A stretch of 64,000 bases of DNA. Source: Candidatus Fibrimonadaceae bacterium. GTDB taxonomy: Bacteria > Fibrobacterota > Fibrobacteria > Fibrobacterales > Fibrobacteraceae. The stretch is taken from contig JAITFO010000092.1 of assembly GCA_031281265.1 (NCBI GenBank), positions 17,132 to 81,131 on the forward strand, in the 5' to 3' direction. The notes under the pieces were generated by a model. The model did no database searches and was not told where the DNA came from. It saw nothing but the letters and a program-made list of their open reading frames with translations. This document shows, one piece after another, positions 8,913 to 18,119 of this stretch. Every line of letters starts with the position of its first letter. Position 1 is the first letter of the stretch. The translations under genes and the position numbers were made by a program.

Positions 8913-9727
8913 AAAGAGATAAAATTACTTTAAGCATAATATGCTTGCTCGCTGCCTGTTCTTTTGCAGCTCCCGATAGCCTTTATATCCACGCACAAAA
9001 ATTATATAGCATGGGAAATTTTGAAGCGGCTGCAAAAACTTATGCGAGTAGTTGTCCCAAGCTAGAAGCAAAGGAAAAGAAAATTTGCCAATTCAACGAA
9101 ATCAGAGCTATGGTGGAGAGCAATAAAATAGACCTTGTGCGCGCCACAGAGGAAAAATTGTTTTCGCTGATAAGCCAAACCGAACCTAACGACACCCTTT
9201 TTGCCGAAATGAATGTAGTGGATTCCAAATTGCAAATTATGCTAAATCAACCTGCGCAAGCAATTCGCTCTTGGAACGCAGCTCAGGCAAGCGCAAGCTC
9301 GGATTATTTCCCAGAACTCTTTGTGGTTTGCCGCGACATAGTTCTCGCTTTTCCAAAAAGCGAATTTACTTCCGAAAATTGCGATAGAATTAAACCCGCA
9401 GACACAACTTTGCTCTCCCTTTCCAGAAAGAAAATAACCCCACTCAACATATCTGTTGCACCTGTAAAGGAAACCGCTACTACAACCGCAAAGGAAGAAA
9501 AATCTCCAAAATGGTTTGTGCAACTCGGGGCTTATGGAAATAAGGAAAATGCAGAAAAACTTGTCTCTGACTTTAGCAGCAAAGGGGTGCAGCTTTACGT
9601 GACGGAACTCGCAGACAGAAAACTCTTTGTGGTTCGCACAGGCCTTTTTGAAAGCGCAGACGCAGCGAAAATTTATGCAGAGCAAAAAATTGCCCCAACG
9701 CACAAAGACTATAAAATTTTCCAGTGA
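8909..9727 (+). CDS. SPOR domain-containing protein with N-terminal TPR-like region
   Basis: The C-terminal 'WFVQLGAYGNKENAEKLVSDFSSKGVQLYV...FVVRTGLFESADAAKIYAEQ' is a SPOR fold signature. ATGA overlap with tolC. Confidence 0.8.
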   Translation: MKRDKITLSIICLLAACSFAAPDSLYIHAQKLYSMGNFEAAAKTYASSCPKLEAKEKKICQFNEIRAMVESNKIDLVRATEEKLFSLISQTEPNDTLFAEMNVVDSKLQIMLNQPAQAIRSWNAAQASASSDYFPELFVVCRDIVLAFPKSEFTSENCDRIKPADTTLLSLSRKKITPLNISVAPVKETATTTAKEEKSPKWFVQLGAYGNKENAEKLVSDFSSKGVQLYVTELADRKLFVVRTGLFESADAAKIYAEQKIAPTHKDYKIFQ

Positions 9728-9737
9728 TTTCCAATAG

Positions 9738-10634
9738 CTATGTATTATAGCTGCATACCTTGTTTCGCCCTGTGTTCTTGGCTTCGTAGAGAGCTTTATC
9801 CGCCTGAGAAAAGAAATCTTCCATCGATTTCTCCAAAGTGGGAACAATAGCCGCAACGCCTATGCTTATTGTTGTAGACGGTAAATCCGGTATCACCATT
9901 TTTTGCACGGATTCGCGAATAGTTTCCAAATATTTTATTATTCCTTTGAGTTCTGTATTTGGAAACATCATAACAAATTCTTCACCACCCCAACGTGCCA
10001 CAAAATCCGCTGGTCTTCTCATCATTGAAACGAGCTGCTTTGCGAGCATACTCAAAAGAACATCTCCCTGAACATGACCGTATTTATCGTTAAAGTCTTT
10101 GAAATGGTCTATATCTGCAATGGCAAGGCTAATGCAAGTTTTATCCCTTGCGGCTCTTAACCATTCTTGCTTTATGCGATTGTCAAAGCCTCGCCTGTTA
10201 GCAATATCGGTCAAAGGGTCCAGCATACCGAGTTCTTCTATAGCTCTTATCTGGTTTACAATCATTCTTTGATTATTGACTCTAGCTTTTATTATTGAAG
10301 CCATAAAAGGTTTGCTGATGTAATCCACCGCGCCAAGAGCAAAACTTTTTTCCTCGTGTTCGGGTCTGCTGGAATCGCCTATTAAAACAACTGGTATTCG
10401 CATTGTTTCTTCGTTAGACTTTATATCTTTCAAAAACTCGTGGTAATCGTTATTGTGTATGGCAATATCTAGAATTATGAGATTTATATCTTCGTCTTTT
10501 AATAAATTAGCAGCCTCGCCTGTGGAGCCAGCCTTTTTAATATCATAATAAGGCGCAAGGATACTACCTAAAATATCCAAACTAGCACAATTATCGCTAA
10601 CTGTTAAAATGGTGAAGTCTTTGTCAAATTCCAT
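9738..10634 (-). CDS. Response regulator receiver + GGDEF diguanylate cyclase
   Basis: REC region 'INLIILDIAI...ISKPF' and GGDEF active site 'RWGGEEF' with an upstream 'DIDHFKDFNDKYGH'. Confidence 0.9.
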   Translation of the reverse strand: MEFDKDFTILTVSDNCASLDILGSILAPYYDIKKAGSTGEAANLLKDEDINLIILDIAIHNNDYHEFLKDIKSNEETMRIPVVLIGDSSRPEHEEKSFALGAVDYISKPFMASIIKARVNNQRMIVNQIRAIEELGMLDPLTDIANRRGFDNRIKQEWLRAARDKTCISLAIADIDHFKDFNDKYGHVQGDVLLSMLAKQLVSMMRRPADFVARWGGEEFVMMFPNTELKGIIKYLETIRESVQKMVIPDLPSTTISIGVAAIVPTLEKSMEDFFSQADKALYEAKNTGRNKVCSYNT

Positions 10635-10642
10635 TACTATCC

Positions 10643-12130
10643 CTATCCCAACATACTTCCAGTTTCTATCAACCTTTTGTGGAAATCAAAGGCTTTATCT
10701 AAAGTGTGGGGGGTGTGCAGTGCGGAATGTTTTATACCGTAATCCAAATACTCTTGCAGGAGTGGCTTGTAGCTTGGATGAGCGCATTTTTCAATTATCA
10801 AGCGTGCACGCTTTATTGGAGCAAGCCCGCGCAAATCGGCTAAACCCTGTTCAGACACAAAAATCATCGTATCGTGTTCAGTATGGTCAACGTGGCTCAC
10901 CATAGGAACTATCGCACTGATTTTTCCGCCTTTTGCAACGCTTGGGGTCATAAAGAAACCGAGCAAGCAGTTGCGGGCAAAATCGCCAGAGCCACCTATG
11001 CCATTCATAATTCTTGAACCGTTTACATGAGTGCTATTCACATGCCCAAAAATATCCGCTTCCAAAGCGGTATTCATTGAAATCACGCCCAGCCTGCGAA
11101 TCACTTCGGGGTTATTGGAAATTTCCTGCGGACGCAAAACAAATTTGCTCTTCCAATCTTTGGTATGTGCATTTGCCATGTATTTATCTTGCCCTGCTAA
11201 GGAATAGCTAACGGAAGCACCGCTTGCCACTATCAATTTATCCGCTTCTAAAATGTCGAATATGGAATCCTGAATGACCTCTGTATAAAGAGCCACAGGT
11301 GCTTGGGCAGGGTTTTTTGCCATAGTGCCAAGCACGGCATTCGCAACATTGCCAACGCCGCTCTGGTATGGAACATCGTTTGGCAAACGACCCTTCTTGC
11401 GTTCATGCTCCAAAAATTCCAAGATGTATGCCGCTATTGCATTGGAATCATCGTCTGGGGCGGCAAAGGGTTTTAAGTTGTCTGGCAATTTCACTTCAAC
11501 TATCGCAACTATCTTTTTAGGGTCCACCTGCACATAGTCTTTGCCTATTCTGTCCCCTGGGGAATATATAGGCACATTGCCTTTTAGCTCTGGAATAAAC
11601 ACATCATGAACACCCTTGAGGGTATCGCCGTAGTGGGTATTCAGTTCTATTATTATGCGATCTGCTATTTGCAGATAAGTTGGGGTGTTGCCACCGCAAC
11701 CCGTTAGATAAATTTTGCCATCGGGGGTAACATCGCAGGCATCAACCAACGCAAGGGTGGGCTTTGGGACAAAACCCATACGTATCATACGCGCTGAATG
11801 CGAAAGGTGCATATCTATATATTCAGTTGTACCTTTGTTTATGCTATTTCTAACGTCTGCATGGCTTTGGTATGGCAGGCGCATTTTCATTATGCCGGCA
11901 CGGGCTAAAACACCATCGCTTTCATCGCCAACGGAAGCCCCCGTATAGAAAGAAATCCCAAAATCCACGCCCTCTGCCTTGAGCTTTGTACCGCGTTCTG
12001 CAAGAGCCGGGGTTACAACCTTTGGGTAGCCGGCTCCTGTAAAACCGCTTATACCTATAATTTCTCCGTTGTTTATCAGAGCCGCTGCTTCTTGCGCAGT
12101 CATCACCTTGCTTTTAAGATCTGGATGCAT
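10643..12130 (-). CDS. Acetyl-CoA hydrolase/transferase family protein (succinyl-CoA:acetate CoA-transferase-like)
   Basis: 495 aa. 'ISGFTGAGYPK', 'GIGGSGDFARN' and the overall length match the family. Confidence 0.85.
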   Translation of the reverse strand: MHPDLKSKVMTAQEAAALINNGEIIGISGFTGAGYPKVVTPALAERGTKLKAEGVDFGISFYTGASVGDESDGVLARAGIMKMRLPYQSHADVRNSINKGTTEYIDMHLSHSARMIRMGFVPKPTLALVDACDVTPDGKIYLTGCGGNTPTYLQIADRIIIELNTHYGDTLKGVHDVFIPELKGNVPIYSPGDRIGKDYVQVDPKKIVAIVEVKLPDNLKPFAAPDDDSNAIAAYILEFLEHERKKGRLPNDVPYQSGVGNVANAVLGTMAKNPAQAPVALYTEVIQDSIFDILEADKLIVASGASVSYSLAGQDKYMANAHTKDWKSKFVLRPQEISNNPEVIRRLGVISMNTALEADIFGHVNSTHVNGSRIMNGIGGSGDFARNCLLGFFMTPSVAKGGKISAIVPMVSHVDHTEHDTMIFVSEQGLADLRGLAPIKRARLIIEKCAHPSYKPLLQEYLDYGIKHSALHTPHTLDKAFDFHKRLIETGSMLG

Positions 12131-12169
12131 AATAAACCCTTTTTAAAGTAATCAGTCGATAGAATGTAG

Positions 12170-12197
12170 AAAAAAAATGGGCAGGTAAAACCTGCCC
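12170..12197 (-). terminator. Rho-independent terminator downstream of gap
   Basis: Minus strand reads GGGCAGG-TTTTA-CCTGCCC followed by A then TTTTTTTT. Confidence 0.7.
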
Positions 12198-12221
12198 ACG
12201 ACCTAATCAATAGCTAAGCTG

Positions 12222-13286
<1,065 letters not shown>

Positions 13287-13303
13287 TTACTAAATTCCTC
13301 TTA

Positions 13304-14146
13304 ATGATTAAGGTAGCTGTTCCAAATAAAGGCGTACTGTCCGAGCCTGCGATAGAATTGTTGAAAAACTGCGGTTACAAAGCCGCTAAATCCACAAGAG
13401 CACTCAGTTCCATAGATATGGCAAACGGAATTGAGTTTTATTTTTTACGTCCTAGCGATATACCCATGTATGTTGGCAAAGGCATAATAGACGTTGGCAT
13501 AACCGGCATGGATTTTCACAAAGAGGTTCTAAGCCCAGCGGTAAAGATATTAGACCTGCCGTTTGGAGGGAGCAAACTCTGCGCAGCCGTCCCCGAACAA
13601 AGCCCCTGCCAAAAACTCACCGATCTCGCAAACCTGCGCATCGCAACCAGTTTCCCCGGCATTGTGCGCAGCTATTTTAACAATCCAAATATCCAGCTTG
13701 TGGTGCTGGAAGGCGCAGTTGAAATTTCCGTTGGGCTGGGAGTTGCAGATGCCGTTGTAGATGTGGTGGAAACAGGAACAACATTGAAGCAAGCCGGGCT
13801 TCGCATCTTAGGGGAACCGCTATTCTTGAGCAATGCCGCATTATTTGCGCACCCAAACCGCAAAGACAGCCCTGATGTTTGCAACCTTGTTAGGCGCATA
13901 GAGGGCAAGCTGGTTGCACTCAGCTATAAAATGGTGGAATACGATGTTCCAGCAAACCTATTGGAGAAGGCTTGCGCAATAACGCCGGGTTTGGAATCCC
14001 CTACCGTGGCTCCGCTCCAAAATAAAAACTGGTATTCCGTTAAAGCAATGGTAAAAAGCGAAGAGGCAAATTCCACTATGGACAAATTACGAGACTTGGG
14101 TTGTGAAGGTATTTTGCTGTTCAGTATAGAGAGCGCAAGGGTGTAG
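13304..14146 (+). CDS. hisG: ATP phosphoribosyltransferase, long form
   Basis: 'IKVAVPNKGVLSEPAIELL', 'DVVETGTTLKQAGL' and a C-terminal HisG_C regulatory domain; 280 aa. Confidence 0.9.
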   Translation: MIKVAVPNKGVLSEPAIELLKNCGYKAAKSTRALSSIDMANGIEFYFLRPSDIPMYVGKGIIDVGITGMDFHKEVLSPAVKILDLPFGGSKLCAAVPEQSPCQKLTDLANLRIATSFPGIVRSYFNNPNIQLVVLEGAVEISVGLGVADAVVDVVETGTTLKQAGLRILGEPLFLSNAALFAHPNRKDSPDVCNLVRRIEGKLVALSYKMVEYDVPANLLEKACAITPGLESPTVAPLQNKNWYSVKAMVKSEEANSTMDKLRDLGCEGILLFSIESARV

Positions 14147-14149
14147 CAC

Positions 14150-14989
14150 TTATCTCTTGCATTGGTAATACAACCCGCCAGCGTGGGATAGCATATCAAA
14201 ATCTTCGCTAACTCCTCTGAGAGTTTCCACAGCACCAATCACCAAAAAACCCTTGGGGGTAAGAACCCTAGCAAGCCTGCTATACAAGCCTTTTTTAAAT
14301 TCATCGCTAAAGTATATAGCTACATAGCGCATGAATACCAAATCAAAGTGCGGCTCTAGGGCAATGGGATTATCCTGCAAGTTGAATTTCTGAAAGTTAA
14401 CCATATCCCTAATATCTTGGTTGATGGTATGGGTCATGCCTTCTTTTGTAAAAAACTTGTTCAACTGCTCTGGGGTAATGCCTCTGTTCATGGCAACGGC
14501 ATCATATTTGCCAGCTTTAGCTTTTGCAAGGCTGGAATCCGAAATATCCGTTGCGACAATCTTCACCATATCTTTCTTTATAACATCTTGCCCCATGCAG
14601 AAATCCCGCACGGTTATAGCTAGGCTATAAGGCTCTTGGCCTGTACTGCTAGCTGCACTCCAAATTTTAATCTTATCTCTTGTGCCTGCTTTAATTTCTT
14701 TTGCAAAGCTGGGCAAGATTTTTTCCTTTAAAATGGCATAAGGATGGGCATCCCTGAACCACAGCGTCTCGTTGGTGGTCATAGCATCTAAAATTTTATC
14801 TTTTAAATCTTTACGGTTGCTGGTTTTCAAAATATAGTAGAACTCAGAGAAATCCTTGCATTTGAATTCTTCGATAAAATGAACAAGCCTATTTTCAAGT
14901 AAATATGCTTTATCTTTATTTAAGCAAATGCCACAATTTTCTTCAATGTAATCTCTCAATAGCAGAAATTCATTATCAGTAATTTTCAT
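14150..14989 (-). CDS. cheR: Protein-glutamate O-methyltransferase CheR
   Basis: N-terminal CheR helical domain 'FLLLRDYIEENCGICL...KAYLLENRL' and SAM-binding 'IWSAASSTGQEPYS'. Confidence 0.9.
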   Translation of the reverse strand: MKITDNEFLLLRDYIEENCGICLNKDKAYLLENRLVHFIEEFKCKDFSEFYYILKTSNRKDLKDKILDAMTTNETLWFRDAHPYAILKEKILPSFAKEIKAGTRDKIKIWSAASSTGQEPYSLAITVRDFCMGQDVIKKDMVKIVATDISDSSLAKAKAGKYDAVAMNRGITPEQLNKFFTKEGMTHTINQDIRDMVNFQKFNLQDNPIALEPHFDLVFMRYVAIYFSDEFKKGLYSRLARVLTPKGFLVIGAVETLRGVSEDFDMLSHAGGLYYQCKR

Positions 14990-15003
14990 GGAAATAATAA
15001 TTT

Positions 15004-15039
15004 AGAAAAATAAAAAAGCTCCGCTTTTACACGGAGCTT
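15004..15039 (-). terminator. Rho-independent terminator ending the TPR/Exb/TonB-like operon
   Basis: 8-bp stem AAGCTCCG/CGGAGCTT (15016-23 / 15032-39) followed on the minus strand by TTTTATTTTT. Confidence 0.7.
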
Positions 15040-15060
15040 AGCATAGGAGCTTAATTTTTT

Positions 15061-16005
15061 TTATTCAGCAAAGTTAAACGGAATGGTTGGCGTGGTATTG
15101 CCGCTTTTTATCTGTTTCCATTTCCATTTAGACACCTGATCCTTTATGGCATTATCAAACTCAGGATAGCCTGTGGTGCTAGATACTATGCTAATGGTTG
15201 TGATATCACCGCTGGGAGCAATGGTAAATTTAAGAGTAACCTTGCCGGTAAAGCCTGGTTTATTCTTCAAATACCTATTGTAAATGCTTTTTAAACCATT
15301 TACGCGCTGGTTCACAACAGCCATAATCTCAGCCCTTGAACGGGAGCCATCGCCGCTACCCATATCTATATCCTTTGCGCTGGGAGCTTTGATTCCGCCT
15401 TTTGATTTTGTGCCGATAGAGCCGCTACCGCCACCCATCAAACCGCCGAGCATACCGTCAAGACCGCCAGAACCGCCTTCTGCATAGCCATCGTTAAAGC
15501 CACCATCTGCGGCACCACGACGGCCGCCGAGTTCGGTTTTACCACTGGTTTGCAAGCCTGCGACATTCTGCAAAACTTTGTTTATGTCTTTGGCAAAGTT
15601 TTTGTCGTTCATCAGGTTATAAGCACTGAAATTGGACTTGGAAGATTTTGCTGTGAGCAGTTTCAACACACCACGGCTCTGTGGAGCATTGGGCTGACCT
15701 TTACCACGAGGTTTGCCACCGCCACCTTCCTTTTTACGAGGCTTTTCAGCTTTCTTCTTTTCCTCTTTTTTCTCTTCCTTCTTTTCGTCGATCTTCATAG
15801 AAGCGGACAAGTCTTCGGATTCTATGCTTTCGAATAGAATCTCGTCCACCGCTGCTTCGTACATAGATGCCAAGAAGCCGAGCAAAATTGAGAACGCCGC
15901 AAACACGCCCATAAAGCTAGCTGCACGCTTATCGCTTTCTGGAAGCATTGATGCTACAAAGGGATCTAGCTTAGGCTTTCCGCCTTTTTTAATTTCTTCA
16001 GCCAT
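15061..16005 (-). CDS. TonB-like energy-transducer protein with AgmX/PglI-type C-terminal domain
   Basis: N-terminal TM helix, a K/E-rich spacer (EEKKEEKKKAEKPRKKEGGGGKPRGKG) and a Gly-rich region. The C-terminus reads 'RSRAEIMAVVNQRVNGLKSIYNRYLKNKPGFTGKVTLKFTIAPSGDI...WKWKQI'. Confidence 0.75.
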   Translation of the reverse strand: MAEEIKKGGKPKLDPFVASMLPESDKRAASFMGVFAAFSILLGFLASMYEAAVDEILFESIESEDLSASMKIDEKKEEKKEEKKKAEKPRKKEGGGGKPRGKGQPNAPQSRGVLKLLTAKSSKSNFSAYNLMNDKNFAKDINKVLQNVAGLQTSGKTELGGRRGAADGGFNDGYAEGGSGGLDGMLGGLMGGGSGSIGTKSKGGIKAPSAKDIDMGSGDGSRSRAEIMAVVNQRVNGLKSIYNRYLKNKPGFTGKVTLKFTIAPSGDITTISIVSSTTGYPEFDNAIKDQVSKWKWKQIKSGNTTPTIPFNFAE

Positions 16006-16497
16006 TTAATCCTCCGGATTCTTCATGTTAACGGCAAACGATATATTGGAAAAGCCAGACAACCCGCAAGTTGCCATAACCTTATACATAATACCAAAAT
16101 GCGTGTTCTTGTCCAACTGAATAATCACCTTTCCGCCACCCTCGGCATCTTCGCCTCTCTGTAGCATAGCTTCTTTTTCCACCGCACGCTTTTCTTGAAG
16201 CACTTTATCCAGAGCTTCAACTAAAAGCGAATCTTGTTCAGCGACTTTTTTTGTCTCTGTTATCTGCTGCCCGTCAACGAGCACCCAATTCTGATCCACA
16301 ACCACGCCCATAGATACCTCGGTAGGCACCTTTTTGGAGGTTGAAGTGGGCAAAACCAAGTTTTCTGCAGCGGTGATCAACTGGCCTTCGGCGTCTATCT
16401 GTTTGAGCAAAAACACCAAGATAATCGTCATAACGTCCATCATGGACGTTAAAGGAACTTCTGCGCTTTCACCATATTTTCTAGCCTTTCTCGCCAT
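16006..16497 (-). CDS. exbD: ExbD/TolR biopolymer transport protein
   Basis: 'VPLTSMMDVMTIILVFLL' TM helix plus an ExbD periplasmic domain; 163 aa. Confidence 0.85.
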   Translation of the reverse strand: MARKARKYGESAEVPLTSMMDVMTIILVFLLKQIDAEGQLITAAENLVLPTSTSKKVPTEVSMGVVVDQNWVLVDGQQITETKKVAEQDSLLVEALDKVLQEKRAVEKEAMLQRGEDAEGGGKVIIQLDKNTHFGIMYKVMATCGLSGFSNISFAVNMKNPED

Positions 16498-16498
16498 T

Positions 16499-17377
16499 TT
16501 AACCTCCTTGCAACACTGCTAACTGGATTTTAGGAAATCCCGCATCGCGTGCTCTGTCCATAAGATTGATAATTTTGTCAAAAGCAGTGTCGTCATCGGC
16601 AATAACAATTATATTATCGGCATCCGGACTATCTATAAAGCGGTTGCGAATCATTATAAGGGTTTTAGCGAGTTCATCATAAGCACTGCGAGGCTTTAAA
16701 GATATTGCGGGTTTTCCGTCCACGCATATATCCTCTACACCGGGAGCGGATTGCCCACAAGCTAGCTTTCTAGAAGAACTTTCGGTAAGAGTTGCAACTA
16801 CCGCACCTGGTTTAACATCGGAAAGAGTAGTGATAAACTCATTTTCGACGTTCAAATATGCGGAATCTGTTTTGCTATAAACAGACATCTGCACTACTCC
16901 GGGGTCTTCTTCGCTAGTCCTTAGCAATGTCCATAAGCCTATGGTTTCTATGGAATACTTAAACTTTTCCGCATCCATAGTAGTGCCATCTTGGCATTTA
17001 GGTGGATTTTTTACGACTCCGTCCGCATCATATTCAAAACCACTAGGGTCATAAGTGATGGTATCGTTGTCGCTTTTGCAACGGAAAGTCCACATCTCCC
17101 TGAAAAACACCTTAGGCAAAGAACCGCCACGTGCCCAAATTTCAACATAGCCTTTAGCAAGAGCTACCGTCAAATTCAAAGCGTTGTCATCTGGCTCCGG
17201 AGGAGGCGCGGCTTCCTGAGTTGCATCAGATCTTTCGGGCATGTTGATTTCCACAATTGCCAATTTTTGAAAAGCTATCATGGTCAAAAGAACTGGAATG
17301 AGAATGGTCATAAGACTCATAATCGGAAGCATGTCCGGTTCTTTTACCTTATCGGCTTTTTTAAGATTTTTTGCCAT
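16499..17377 (-). CDS. ExbD-family protein with a roughly 150-aa periplasmic insertion
   Basis: 'MLPIMSLMTILIPVLL' TM helix and a C-terminal 'NIIVIADDDTAFDKIINLMDRARDAGFPKIQLAV' ExbD core, separated by a Cys-containing insert. Confidence 0.7.
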   Translation of the reverse strand: MAKNLKKADKVKEPDMLPIMSLMTILIPVLLTMIAFQKLAIVEINMPERSDATQEAAPPPEPDDNALNLTVALAKGYVEIWARGGSLPKVFFREMWTFRCKSDNDTITYDPSGFEYDADGVVKNPPKCQDGTTMDAEKFKYSIETIGLWTLLRTSEEDPGVVQMSVYSKTDSAYLNVENEFITTLSDVKPGAVVATLTESSSRKLACGQSAPGVEDICVDGKPAISLKPRSAYDELAKTLIMIRNRFIDSPDADNIIVIADDDTAFDKIINLMDRARDAGFPKIQLAVLQGG

Positions 17378-17389
17378 AAATAAACCTCA

Positions 17390-18022
17390 TTAGGCAAACG
17401 AGTTAATAACTTTTAAGCTCTTCTCTTCCATTTCTTGTATAACACGTTCGGAAATCATGCTCAAGAAACCTTGAATTACGAGCAGAGGAATTGCAGCGAA
17501 CAATCCAAGCAATGTTGTACCCATAGCTACAGAAATACCGTTAGCAAGAGCAGCTGGGCGTTCCGCAGCAGGTTTGTTAGCCACAGCATCAAAGGTTATG
17601 ATCAGACCGAAAATCGTTCCCGCTAGTCCAAGAAGAGTTGCAACTGAAGCTATGAGAGCTATAATTGATAAATATCTGTTTACACGAGGAGCTTCCGTTA
17701 AGAAAGTAGCATCACTTGATGCAACCATAGCCTCTTTGCCTTTATCGCGTGTTGCAAGAACAGCACCGAGAACAGCAGCAATGGGAAGCTGAGATCTGCC
17801 ACAGAAAGAAACCGCGTCTTCGTATTTTTTGTCTGCCACAAGCCTTCCATATTCCAAAAGGAATCTGTCACGACCAGAAGAGGAACGCATATAGATGTAA
17901 AGGAACCTCTCTATGGCAACTCCAAGGCCTGCCAAGCCTACGAACAAAATAACCCACATGAATTGCCAACCTGCCTGTGAAGGGTCAAATGAAGCAAGCG
18001 TGTTTTTTATGACGACATCCAT
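17390..18022 (-). CDS. exbB: MotA/TolQ/ExbB proton channel protein
   Basis: Three TM helices and the conserved 'GLAGTIFGLIITF...ISVAMGTTLLGL' region. Confidence 0.9.
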   Translation of the reverse strand: MDVVIKNTLASFDPSQAGWQFMWVILFVGLAGLGVAIERFLYIYMRSSSGRDRFLLEYGRLVADKKYEDAVSFCGRSQLPIAAVLGAVLATRDKGKEAMVASSDATFLTEAPRVNRYLSIIALIASVATLLGLAGTIFGLIITFDAVANKPAAERPAALANGISVAMGTTLLGLFAAIPLLVIQGFLSMISERVIQEMEEKSLKVINSFA

Positions 18023-18119
18023 TGTAATACTCCTATGGTTAAGTGGATGAATGAAACCTTTTTTCTCTTGGTAAATATAGATTATTTTTTAAAAAAAAAC
18101 AATCTATACTCACTTTTTT

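Noticed and set aside
9242-9856. A 204-aa minus-strand ORF spanning the SPOR gene's 3' half and the GGDEF gene's 3' end.
   Set aside because: It overlaps two genes that have clear domain signatures. Its composition is odd (Cys/Phe/Arg-rich) and it has no motif. It is a typical shadow ORF.
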